A stretch of DNA of 64,000 bases, taken from Thermodesulfobacteriota bacterium (GTDB taxonomy: Bacteria; Desulfobacterota; Binatia; Binatales; Binataceae). Made by a program: the position numbers and the translations under genes. Every line of letters begins with the position of its first letter. Position 1 is the first letter of the stretch. This document shows, in pieces, positions 51,379-61,514 of the stretch. The stretch is taken from the NCBI GenBank assembly GCA_046728175.1, contig JBKPEA010000005.1:12795-76794 (forward strand), written 5' to 3'. A model generated the notes under the pieces. The model did no database searches. It was not told the DNA's origin and saw nothing but the letters and a program-made list of their open reading frames with translations.

Positions 51379-51702
51379 ATGAACACGTTATATGAGAAGG
51401 CAGTTTGCTTCACAGGAATAGCAGGTCTCGTTGGTCTAATCGCCGCGGGAGGTGCCTTCGCCGGTCAGACCGCAGGTCAATATATTGACGACTCAACGAT
51501 TACTGCACGCGTGAAGACCGCCTTCATGGGTGATCCTCAGGTCAAGGCGCATGAAATCAACGTCAAGACTTACAATGGAGTTGTTGAGCTTAACGGTTTT
51601 GTGGACTCTTCGAATATGATCGCAGAAGCTACCCAGGATGCCGAAAAAGTTCCGGGCGTTCGCGAGGTAGACAACAACCTCGCGATCAAAAATCGGCAAT
51701 AG
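51379..51702 (+). CDS. BON domain protein (OsmY-like)
   Basis: Signal/TM segment then IDDSTITARVKTAFMGDPQVKAHEINVKTYNGVVELNGFV BON motif. Confidence 0.7.
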   Translation: MNTLYEKAVCFTGIAGLVGLIAAGGAFAGQTAGQYIDDSTITARVKTAFMGDPQVKAHEINVKTYNGVVELNGFVDSSNMIAEATQDAEKVPGVREVDNNLAIKNRQ

Positions 51703-51764
51703 AATTTTTCTGCGCGTAGCTGTTTTCATAGTTTAGGACGGAAAGGATGCGAGAGCTGCTGCAC

Positions 51765-51794
51765 GGTATGTTAAACAACGGTATCTTAAACAAC
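51765..51794. repeat. Imperfect tandem direct repeat (GTATgTTAAACAACG / GTATcTTAAACAACG) just upstream of csbD
   Basis: Seen directly, ends 5 nt before the CsbD ORF. Confidence 0.5.
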
Positions 51795-51799
51795 GAGGA

Positions 51800-52009
51800 T
51801 TGCTTGCTATGAACAAGAATCAGGCCAAAGGAAGCTGGAATCAACTAAAAGGCGAGATTAAGAAACACTGGGGCGCCATTACGGACGATGACCTCATGGA
51901 AGCCGAGGGTGATATTCAGAAACTCGCTGGTAAGATCCAGAAGCGAACCGGAGACAAACAAGCAGATATAGAGCGATGGTTGAAAGAGAACTACGAAGAT
52001 CGCATGTAA
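51800..52009 (+). CDS. csbD: CsbD family general stress protein
   Basis: KGSWNQLKGEIKKHWGAITDDDL...GKIQKRTGDKQADIE canonical CsbD sequence. Confidence 0.8.
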   Translation: MLAMNKNQAKGSWNQLKGEIKKHWGAITDDDLMEAEGDIQKLAGKIQKRTGDKQADIERWLKENYEDRM

Positions 52010-52546
52010 TTAAGTCAAACCTTGAGCTTCATCGGTGCCCTTCTCTTTTCGGCCTTCAGAGCTTGCATCCGCCTGAAGGCCGAATATCTGCGAATATCTG
52101 CTCAACCGACGCATCCTAGGTTCGACCATCGTCTTTCTGAGCGAATTTACGCGGCAAGGTCGCGATCACAGCAGAAACAGATGTAAGCAGAACAGGTGCA
52201 TCGTCTGTCGGTCGCCGAAGTCGCCATTTCGTGCGTTTGAGCTAAGCGCCGTTTCAGAGCATTGTCCACTGGATATTGTGGCAGATCACACTAGTGACGC
52301 GCGTCAGCAGCGTGAGTCATCTAGGAAAATGTCAACTATCCTTTGTACGCTGATCCTCGGAGGCTTTCACCTAACCAAATGTTGATGGGTAGCCCTGAAG
52401 TAAGCCTCAAATCGTGCAGCTAAACCTTTTGCTGGCATCTAGGTCGAGCAGAGACGACCTTTTGATGCTGATAAAACTGGCTCACGGTTGAAAGTGAGCG
52501 CTCCCCATCGAACAGATTCGCGGTAAAGAGACAACCAAAGTGGTCA

Positions 52547-54130
52547 ATGTTTGACAAATTGTCCGGCGGGAGATCTAAGGAAATGGCGGAAGAAAAGAAA
52601 CTGAGCGGATTCGACTTCGCGAAGGGCGTCGCTCTCGCCAGGTTTAGCGGGGACGGCATGCTGCTGGGTCACACCAAGGGCGAGGCCGTAATGGTGGTTC
52701 GGCGCGCCGATACCTACTTCGCCATAGGCGCGTCCTGCACCCATTATGGTGCCCCGCTGACTGAAGGCCTCTTGGTAGATGATACAGTCCGATGTCCGTG
52801 GCATCACGCCTGCTTCAGTCTTCGCACCGGTGAGGCGCTCCGCGCGCCAGCGCTTGACGCGGTTAGTTCCTGGAAGGTCGAAACGAGCGATGGCAAGCTC
52901 TTCGTGCGCGAAAAACATCCCGAGAAGAAAAAGCCGGGTAAGTCTGTGAGATCGCCTGAAAACATCGTCATCGTGGGAGGCGGCGCAGCAGGTAATGCCG
53001 CGGGGGAAATGTTGCGGCGGGAAGGATGTTCCGGCAAAGTCACGATAATAAGTGCGGACAATGCCGTTCCATATGACCGGCCAAATCTCTCGAAGGACTT
53101 TCTTGCTGGTACCGCCACGGAGGAGTGCATTCCACTGCGCTCGATGGACTTCTATCGCGAGCGTGAGATCGAACTGCTGCTGAATACACGGATCGCGGCG
53201 ATCGATCCGCGGGAGAAGACCGTCCTTCTTGCCGATGGCGGTCGGCGCAAATTTGATGCGTTGCTCCTCGCTACGGGTGCTGCACCTATTGAGCTGAAGG
53301 TTCCCGGTGCAGACTCGCCGCATGTTTCCTACTTGCGCTCTCTTAACGATTGTCGCGTGATCATTGGCAGCGCCGCCAGAGCTAAGCGAGTCGTGCTAGT
53401 AGGGGCGAGCTTTATCGCGATGGAGGTTGCGGCTTCTTTAATTCAGAGAAAGCTGCAAGTCCACGTCGTCGCGCCGGAGGCGGTACCGATGGAAAAAATT
53501 CTCGGACCACGGGTGGGCGAATATCTGCGCCGTCTGCACGAACGCAACGGGGTCGTGTTCCATCTGCAGCAGAGTGTTGCCGCCATCGACGAACACACGG
53601 TCACGCTGAGAGGTGGCCAGTCGATCGAGGCCGACCTCGTGGTGGTCGGGATCGGTGTCAAACCGATCGCTGATCTGGCCGAACGAGCGGGGATCAAAAC
53701 CGACAACGGCGTCTTGGTGAACGAGTATCTCGAGACCAGCATTCCTCAGATCTTTGCGGCTGGAGACATCGCGCGTTGGCCCGATCTCCTGACGGGTGAC
53801 AATATTCGCGTCGAGCATTGGGTCGTGGCCGAACGCCAGGGACAGACGGCAGCACAGAACATACTCGGCCGCCGTCAGCGGTTCGCCACGGTGCCGTTCT
53901 TCTGGACCAGCCAGTACGATTTCACGCTCAACTACGTCGGACACGCCGAGAAGTGGGACAAGCTGGATTTGGAGGGGAGTCCCGAAGAACACGACTGCAA
54001 GCTCTCATTTAAGCGCAGTGGCAGGACGATCGCAGTGGCCACCGTTGGGCGCGACCGCGAGAACCTAGAACACGAACTTGCGATGGAGCGGGCTCTTCAA
54101 ACGGTCATGGGCACTCTGGCAAAGAACTGA
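52547..54130 (+). CDS. Rieske [2Fe-2S] domain fused to FAD/NAD(P)-dependent pyridine nucleotide-disulfide (ferredoxin-reductase/AIF-like) oxidoreductase
   Basis: CTHYGAPL...CPWHHACF Rieske ligands; IVIVGGGAAGNAA and VLVGASFIAMEVA dinucleotide folds. Confidence 0.75.
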   Translation: MFDKLSGGRSKEMAEEKKLSGFDFAKGVALARFSGDGMLLGHTKGEAVMVVRRADTYFAIGASCTHYGAPLTEGLLVDDTVRCPWHHACFSLRTGEALRAPALDAVSSWKVETSDGKLFVREKHPEKKKPGKSVRSPENIVIVGGGAAGNAAGEMLRREGCSGKVTIISADNAVPYDRPNLSKDFLAGTATEECIPLRSMDFYREREIELLLNTRIAAIDPREKTVLLADGGRRKFDALLLATGAAPIELKVPGADSPHVSYLRSLNDCRVIIGSAARAKRVVLVGASFIAMEVAASLIQRKLQVHVVAPEAVPMEKILGPRVGEYLRRLHERNGVVFHLQQSVAAIDEHTVTLRGGQSIEADLVVVGIGVKPIADLAERAGIKTDNGVLVNEYLETSIPQIFAAGDIARWPDLLTGDNIRVEHWVVAERQGQTAAQNILGRRQRFATVPFFWTSQYDFTLNYVGHAEKWDKLDLEGSPEEHDCKLSFKRSGRTIAVATVGRDRENLEHELAMERALQTVMGTLAKN

Positions 54131-55070
54131 GCATCACAGCTGGATCGAGGAACCCGGATGGTTCCCGGCGGAAGTAGTCGAAATCGAGTTCGTCGATCAC
54201 ACTGGCGGGCGGCGGTTTACACATTTCCTGGAGAGCTCGACTCAGGTGCCTGAAACATCTGCGGCCGAGAATCTGGAAGGCGAACGCAAGACTGTCACCG
54301 CGCTGTTCGCCAACATCAAGGGCTCTATGGATCTTTCGGCGCCGTTGTTCGCGATGACCTGGCCATTATGATTTGGCTGATCTGCCGGGAACTGTGTTGC
54401 CTTGCTCTGAGTGATTAGACCGAAAAGAACTATTCGATATGAAGCGCTACATCCTTCGTGTGCAGGTGTCCGCCGCTGACTTTTTCGAGTCGCTTCCCAC
54501 TTTAAATTCACCGAGGTGACGCAGCTCCTTACCCCTCCGGGTGTACGCATCACGGACCTGCTATTCGGTCCCATTGAGAAAGAAGCTTCCGGTGTAAATC
54601 CATTGTCGATCCTGGCCTGAGAGGTCTAGATCCCATAGCCACCCAGATTGTCATATCCGACGGCGACAATCTTTTTGTTCGCAGAGTTATAGCTGATCGC
54701 TCCGTGGCCTTTTAGGGGAGTCGGGCTTTTCCGCCGAGCTTGGGCGATTTTCCTTTAGTAAAGTTAGGGAAACCGTTTCCTCTTCTTGTTTTCCAAACTG
54801 TGCACCCTCGAAATAACAGCCGTCACGCGGCCACCTAACCTGAGTCCCGCCGGGGGGGCAGGAAAGGCCCCGCAAGAAAGGTCGGTGCAACCCGCTGGCA
54901 CGAATATCGCGTTCGCAAACGGCATCGAGCTTGAGATCAAGAACTACCGAACTACGCGGGCCCCATGCGACGCGCGGGGACCACTTGCGTCCGAGGTGGC
55001 CAACGACCACTCGTTGTTTGGTTTAGGCAGGCGCATGGGTTTACCACGCAGGGGGAGGGGATAATAACGT

Positions 55071-55772
55071 TTAATGTTTGGATTCTGCCGAGTGGCCCAA
55101 CAGATTCGCCAATTCCTTCTGTTTTCGGCCGAGCTTGCTCATAAACGCGTCGAAGCCCTGGTCTTTGATCACTCGGTCGAATTGAATGCGATAGTTGCCG
55201 ATCATGCTGACGCCGTTGATTTCAATGTCGTAGATCCTCCACTCCTCGCCTTTTAGCTCGAGCTCGAAATTCAGCTTGGTCGTCTCGCCGTTGGCCTGGA
55301 CCACATACGTATCGACTTGGGCGTGATCCGTCCCATTTAGAGTCTGGCCGACAAACGTGAACTTAAGGTCTAGATAGCCCTGGATTCGGTTCAGGTAGGC
55401 GTCTTCGATGAAGGCGGTAAACAGCTGAATGAAGTCGCGGCGCTGGCTGTCAGATAGATCCTGCCAATGTTTACCTAAGGCCGAGCGCGCCATGACCGGA
55501 AGGTCTAGATGCGGTTCGGCTAAACTGCGGAGCTGCGCGCGGCGTTGCTCCACAGGGATGCCAGGGATTTGTAAAATGTGCGTAGCCTGGTCGACGAGGG
55601 TTTTGACATTAGAAAGCGGTGGTTCCGGCGACGCGGAAGAGACTGAACAGAGTGTGAAGAACGCTGCTGTCATCAAGAGCAGTGCACTAACAACCGCGCT
55701 GGACAGGATAATTTTCGGAGAAAATCTCAAGGCCAACCGTGGAAAGACGCTCGCTCTGAAGGAATTATACAC
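55071..55772 (-). CDS. MlaC/Ttg2D family phospholipid-binding periplasmic protein
   Basis: Signal peptide; FIEDAYLNRIQGYLDLKFTFVG and EWRIYDIEINGVSMIGNYRIQF Tgt2/MlaC motifs. Confidence 0.65.
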   Translation of the reverse strand: MYNSFRASVFPRLALRFSPKIILSSAVVSALLLMTAAFFTLCSVSSASPEPPLSNVKTLVDQATHILQIPGIPVEQRRAQLRSLAEPHLDLPVMARSALGKHWQDLSDSQRRDFIQLFTAFIEDAYLNRIQGYLDLKFTFVGQTLNGTDHAQVDTYVVQANGETTKLNFELELKGEEWRIYDIEINGVSMIGNYRIQFDRVIKDQGFDAFMSKLGRKQKELANLLGHSAESKH

Positions 55773-56196
55773 CTAGGCACCGTCGGGCCTTCAAGAAAAT
55801 TGTTGATTCGGCCCGATCATAGTCTCTCGAGCTCCAGACCTAGGCTCACATCGCTTTACACCGCGGTGCTCAAATGACAAATGCGCACCTGGCGATTGCC
55901 GCGCCCGGTTCTCGCATTTGCGTCTAATTGACAAAAGCGAGCTATCTCGTTTTCGACGTTGTCGTAATCGTTTGCACTACAAGTGCAAATAATTAAACGC
56001 CTGACCTTTTATAGGTTGAACCGAAAGTCCGCAAACATGAAAGTGCGCAGCGTCGCGGTCACAAAGGCAACCGCAGGGCTTCGGCGGAACGACAGCAGCC
56101 CAAGAGCGAACCCCTGTTTCGTCCAGCAGAGATTCGGTCACCAAGGTTTCAACTGGCCAGCGATGATTCTACTATTTCACCAACAACATGGCGGCA

Positions 56197-57472
56197 CTAT
56201 ACGGGTCGGCTGAACCAACCGGACGTAAGGACGAGCGGACGCGGAGACCGCCTCTTCAGGCGATCTCCGCAAGGTTGCGTTTCGTCAGTCCTTCTTGGGA
56301 TAGAGCCCGGGCCAAACAGATCGGAGAGATCGTTCGTGCCAGCAGTGGCGGCATCACCCAAGTACGGCTGCCCCACGTGGAAAATATTCTCCATGGCGCG
56401 CAGGTCGGAGGAATGCGTGAAGTTGACCGGGCTGGCAAATGGCTTACCGCCACTCTGGCGGGCATCCTCCGAGATGATTATTTCACCGATGGTGTGATCG
56501 AAGTCATCGGCGTTGTCGCCCGAAACGCCATCCTGTTCGGATTCGTCGAACCAGATGATTATTACGCCGTGGTCCTGGTAGGCCTTCGACGCCATAATCA
56601 TCGGAATGACTAAGCTAAGGAAGTTGTCTCCCTGCCGGATCTTCGCCGCGTCGCCCGTGAGGCCCTGGAACCCCCGTCAGCGTGGTGTGCATATCGTTGT
56701 ACTGGTCGGGTGTGATCCAGTTGTAATCGGCCACAGCGTCATTGGCCAGGTCGGCGGCCAGTTGCTGTAGTGGCGCATATTGCAAGCGCATCGGATTCGA
56801 AGTGCTGAAATCACAACTGCCATTGGTATCGTCGAAAAAGACCATCGGGTTGTGCTTGGCAGCGTAGTTGAATTGGTTGGAGCCGTTGTAGGCGTTGGTG
56901 CCGGACGCAAAGATCCCTAAGAAGCTCTGCAGCGGCACAGTCCAATCGCTTTGGGGTTCGACCGCATTGTCGAGCGTGGCTCCGTCCGGGGTCAGATCGA
57001 TGTCCTCCTGGTACGACTTCCAGGTTTTTCCGGCATTAGTGATGAAGGTGGCAAGATGCTGGGTGGTGTTCTGGACCGTAGGGGCACCATTGGTGCCGCA
57101 CGGATCGTCGTCATTGAGCACGCCAAAATTGGTGCCCGCCTCCGACCATAAGTAGTTTGGCTCGGAAGGATGGATGTGAAGATTGTTGCCGGTCGAGGTG
57201 GCCAGGACGTTGTGATACGCGGTGGCGTACGACACCTGACCGCTGATCGACGAGGTTCCGTTCACGAGGCTGTTGATATAGGGTGCGTCAGGGTTCTGGA
57301 AAATCTGCTGAATGCCGCCGGTGAATTGATTCGCGGGCTGTGCCCAATTGTGGTTTTCCATCGCAATAACGAAAACGGTCTTGACGTTATCGGCCCAAGC
57401 GCCGCTGAAACCGCCAAGCCACAGGAGCAGGGTGCACATACCAACGATGTGCAGACGTCTGGAGTGCTGCAT
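56197..57472 (-). pseudogene. PF04185 phosphoesterase family (AcpA/phospholipase C-like), one frameshift in a G5 homopolymer
   Basis: Signal peptide, VFVIAMENHNW, HPSEPNYLW; ...YNDMHTTLTG then frame change at ggggg (~56650) into FQGLTGDAAKIRQGDNFLSLVIPMIMASKAYQDHGVIIIWFDESEQ. Confidence 0.65.
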
Positions 57473-57797
57473 TTTCGCGATCCTCCCAAAAATTTAAAGT
57501 TTAGAACCGTGACGTAGGCGGGAGCGGGGCGCCGGACTAAAGCCGACAGCACTCCAACCACGCGTCAGGGAGTGGTTAGCAAGACAGTTTTGCGGGCTGA
57601 TGGCGAGCGAATTAAGCGCCAAGAAATTGCGGATGAAGGGATCGCTAACGGTCTCGTCGAGCGCATCGAGCAGTTTAACCGCACGGAGCGGCAGAAAGTT
57701 CCCGCGACGATCATTAGACTAGGCAGAATTGCCTGAAGTGTTCGCTAACTTGGATTCCGTCCTTGAACCGTTGTTCATAGTACACTTGCTCCAGTAG

Positions 57798-58133
57798 TTA
57801 AGGTGCATTTAGGCGGCGGAATTTCTTCTCCGCGATGGTCAGGATCTTCCAGATCAGCGCCTCGGCATTGGCGACCTTCTTGTAGCGGCGGGCGGCGTCG
57901 GTTCGCAGCCGCACCGCCGGGAACGGCGACTCCACCACGTTGGTGGTGCGCAGATGGATCCAGTGACCTTTGGGAAAGCGATAAAAGGTCACCATCCGTT
58001 CCCAGTCGCAGCTCAGCGTCCGGACCGCCTTAGTGTAAGGCTTGCGATAACGGGCGGCACATTCGCCTCCTATAGTAACCAAGACAAGTTTTCGCGGTCT
58101 GGTCATGAAGGCTAAAAACTTGTATTGTGCCAA
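57798..58133 (-). mobile_element. IS256 (Mutator) family transposase, C-terminal fragment only
   Basis: DWERMVTFYRFPKGHWIHLRTTNVVESPFPAVRLRTDAARRYKKVANAEALIWKILTIAEKKFRRLNAP matches the IS256 transposase C-terminus; no N-terminal part or inverted repeats found. Confidence 0.6.
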
Positions 58134-58489
58134 CTTCTAAAGTGCAGCCTGACCGTTGCGTTTAGGCAAGCGATCGAAGAGAAAAGTCAACGGTTTTCGG
58201 GTTATGTTTCTAATCGTCGCGGGTTCCTGTTTTCATCGTGTGCCTAAGGCAGGACATGAGAACCGACTTCATCGGGCTGCTTGGCTTACTCGCGGGAATC
58301 CTGGTGCCCGAAATCGCTCTCTGCGCGCTTGAAGTCGCGCCGCTGCCAACTCCAAAAATCCCAGTGATGATCGCGCAGACAGTCGCTGGCGCTCGTCCAA
58401 ACCATCTACGACGGGATGGGCTTCACCGCCCAAGTCCGATAACGCGCCGGTGACTCGCCCGGTCTTCAACCGATCAATTCGCAGGTCAT

Positions 58490-59896
58490 ATGACACGGAA
58501 CAAAACGATTTTGGGCGTTGTATCGATCTGGCTGGCGATCTCGGGAGTGGTGCGAGCACAAGTCACTCCGGTGAGGGTCAATGACTTGCTAAACAGCCTG
58601 GGGGCAGACACGCATATCATTCAAGGTATCGATGCCCCGGAACAGGTTATCGCGGCGTTGCAGTATAGCGGCTTGCGCAATATTAGGGAGGACGCAACAC
58701 ACGACCCGGCGATGCACGCAAATCTCTGCGCTATTCATGCGGCAACTGGGGCGATGGTCGATGAATTACCGAACGTGGATTCCGACCCGAACAACATCCA
58801 GGACAGTCTCACGCAATATGAGGCACTGGCGGCGTGCGGTGCGATATTGGCTGTGGAGGGACCGAATGAGCCTAACAACTTCAACTTCAGGTACCTCGGT
58901 AGCACGTGCTCCGTGAGTGGGAGCTTTGGTGCATGCGCGCGGTATCAAGCAGCGCTGTATCAGGCAGTGAAAGCAGATCCGAAGCTGGCTGGCGTGCCTG
59001 TTTGGTCGATGACTGAGCCTGCCGCTGAGCCGGACAACCAGGGATTGCAGTTCTTAACTATTCCGGCAGGCGCCGGCACCGTGATGCCGGGCGGTACCGT
59101 GTTCGCGGACGTTGCCAACCTGCATAACTATGTTCAAGGCAACGGCCAGACTGCAACCGCGGACAACCAAGCCTGGTCCGCCGAATCCAACGGATTCGCT
59201 CAAGGTCCTTGGGACGGACTGGAGGGAGAATTCATCGGTCAAACTTGGTCGAAGCGGTTCCCCGCTGCACCTGTTTCCACAGGCCCCAACCTGCCGAAGG
59301 TAACGACGGAAACCGGCTGGCCATCGACGAATATCACGCAGGACCAGCAAGGAAAGCTTTTGGTCAATGTCTTTCTGTCGGCAGCCAAAGAGAATTGGTC
59401 GCACACCTTTATCTACCTGATGTTCGACGAACCTAGCGCCGGAAACAGTGGCTACGGGCTATTCGCTGCAGAGCCAGGCTCGAATACGACTACCGCGACG
59501 CCGAAGTTGTCGGGGACTTACATCCACAACATGACGACCATTTTGCACGACACTACCTCGGCGTTCACACCGATCGCGCTCAATTGTTCGATTCCTGGCG
59601 AGCCCGCTACAGTGCACGACCTGCTAATGCAGAAGAGCGATGGCACCTACGAACTCGCGGTGTGGGGCGATCAAGTTATCGGGAAGAGTAACCCCGTTAC
59701 CGTTAATTTGGGCAGCACAATCGCGACCGTTAAGGTCTACGATGTAACGAGAGGCGCCACGCCTATTCAGGTTCTGCATAACGTCAGCTCGATCCCCCTC
59801 ACCATGACCGATCATGCGTTCTTTATTGAGTTCGAGGGCAGTGGGCAGCCGACCTCGACTCTCACTGCTATCGGGAAGCCCCCTTCATCATCCTAG
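58490..59896 (+). CDS. Secreted glycoside hydrolase, clan GH-A (GH5/GH39-like TIM barrel)
   Basis: Signal peptide; ILAVEGPNEPNNF contains the clan GH-A NEP acid/base motif; 468 aa. Confidence 0.5.
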   Translation: MTRNKTILGVVSIWLAISGVVRAQVTPVRVNDLLNSLGADTHIIQGIDAPEQVIAALQYSGLRNIREDATHDPAMHANLCAIHAATGAMVDELPNVDSDPNNIQDSLTQYEALAACGAILAVEGPNEPNNFNFRYLGSTCSVSGSFGACARYQAALYQAVKADPKLAGVPVWSMTEPAAEPDNQGLQFLTIPAGAGTVMPGGTVFADVANLHNYVQGNGQTATADNQAWSAESNGFAQGPWDGLEGEFIGQTWSKRFPAAPVSTGPNLPKVTTETGWPSTNITQDQQGKLLVNVFLSAAKENWSHTFIYLMFDEPSAGNSGYGLFAAEPGSNTTTATPKLSGTYIHNMTTILHDTTSAFTPIALNCSIPGEPATVHDLLMQKSDGTYELAVWGDQVIGKSNPVTVNLGSTIATVKVYDVTRGATPIQVLHNVSSIPLTMTDHAFFIEFEGSGQPTSTLTAIGKPPSSS

Positions 59897-59999
59897 TCCA
59901 CGTCAGTCTCCACGCGTGGAATGAAGATTGGCCCCAGGCTGACCGAGGAAACGAGCCTCGAAGTGGAACTATATATTTGTCGACGCCGTCATCATTCAG

Positions 60000-61150
60000 T
60001 GCTCGTCTGCTCGAGCAGCGCCTTGGCGTCCTTCAGGTCGGCGGTGTCGAAGCCCTCAGTGAACCAGTTGTAGATTTCGGCGAGCATCGTGCGTGCCTCG
60101 TCACGTTTACCTTGCTTGGCCATAAGCCGCGACGAGCCTGGTGGTCGCCCCCAGCTCCCACCATTTCGCCGATTGGAGCCTGGCGATTTCGATGGCCTTG
60201 CGAAAGAAGGCTTGGGCTTCGTCCGTCGCAGAGGAATCGCGCATCAGAATCGCTTCGCCCATAAAGACCCGACTCTTGGCGGCCTATTCCCAACTATTCA
60301 ACTCTGGCAAGCACCTCGTCGACCAGTGCAAGAGCCTTGTCGGCGCGGCCGACGCGTGCGTAGACCCCCGGAAGCACGAACTGGCGTGCGGGCGAAAAAG
60401 CGGAAGCCGCCTCCAATTCGGCGACTCCCTCCTCCGTCTGACCAAGCTCGGTCATCGCCCACCCCCTGAGCGCCCGACCCACTAGCAAGCGTTCTTGAAA
60501 GCCGTATTCCTCGCCAAGCGCGATAGTTGCTTCGGCCAACTCTCGCGTAGCCTGGGGCTCGCGCCCGGTAAGCATGCACTTCTCCAGCCAACGGAATCAC
60601 CAAGGCGAGCGTGGGGGCGTGCTTGAGTTGACGGGCGCGGCTCAGTGCCTCGTTGCTCAGCCGGAGAGCCTAATCAGGTTTGCCGAGCGCCAACTGGACT
60701 CGAGCGAGTTGTCCGGGAGCCGTAGCCCATGGATTGGTCGGCAGAAGTTCAGCTGCAGCCCGCAGCTGCGCCGATCCCAAAGTCTTCATTAAATCGCTGA
60801 GCTGCGAAGAGGCCAGGAGCAGATCGCCGGACCCGTAGGCGCCCATCGCAAGCATATTGAACGAAGGGAAGCATCTCTCGGTTCTGATTCCGTTCGGCAA
60901 GTTCCAGACATCGCCTGGCGATCTCGAGGCAGCGGACCACCTCCCCGCGGTTGCCGCCTGACTGAGCTTCGCGATGAGATCGGAAAATGCGATCGAGGAA
61001 TACATTCGGAAACACTGTCCGGCTGGCGCCTCGGCGAGATGAAGGCCTTGCAATGGCGCGACAGTACCGCGTGAGCGCGCTCCAGAATTGGCAAGTGCTC
61101 TGCGCGAAATTCAAAACAGAGAACCCCCGCCGCGGTCGCGTTCATTGCTG
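60000..61150 (-). pseudogene. C-terminal TPR region of a large AAA+/STAND-type signalling protein (remnant, frameshifted, N-terminus absent)
   Basis: Terminal MAKQGKRDEARTMLAEIYNWFTEGFDTADLKDAKALLEQ motif typical of AAA-TPR (adenylyl-cyclase/LuxR-associated) proteins; upstream TPR-like segments in two other frames; truncated by the csoR region. Confidence 0.45.
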
Positions 61151-61228
61151 ATCATCGAAATGCTTTCGCGCCGCTGTGGACTTCATTCGAAGCCGGTGCT
61201 ATACCGTACCCCGTAGGGTATAACGATC

Positions 61229-61507
61229 ATGGGTCATACGATTAAGGAAAAAGGAAAGCTGTTGGCTCGCATGCGGCGAATCCGCGGACAAGTCGAAGCC
61301 GTGGAGCGGGCGCTGGAACAGGAGAAAGGCTGCGCCGCCGTGCTGCACCTGGTAGTCGCCGCGCGCGGCGCGATGAACAGCCTGATGGCTGAGATTATCG
61401 AAGATCATATACGTGAGCACGTCGTTGATCCGGTCCGCGAGCGGAGCACCAGGAGGGGCCGAGGCGCCGAAGAGTTGATCGAGGTCGTCCAGGCATATCT
61501 GAGGTGA
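61229..61507 (+). CDS. csoR: CsoR/RcnR family metal-sensing transcriptional repressor
   Basis: 92 aa; LARMRRIRGQVEAVERALEQEKGCAAVLHLVVAARGA with Cys/His ligand pattern. Confidence 0.85.
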   Translation: MGHTIKEKGKLLARMRRIRGQVEAVERALEQEKGCAAVLHLVVAARGAMNSLMAEIIEDHIREHVVDPVRERSTRRGRGAEELIEVVQAYLR

Positions 61508-61514
61508 GGCTGTC

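Noticed and set aside
52544-53323. 259-aa minus-strand ORF inside the Rieske-FAD reductase gene
   Set aside because: Antisense to a gene with unambiguous Rieske and dinucleotide-binding motifs.
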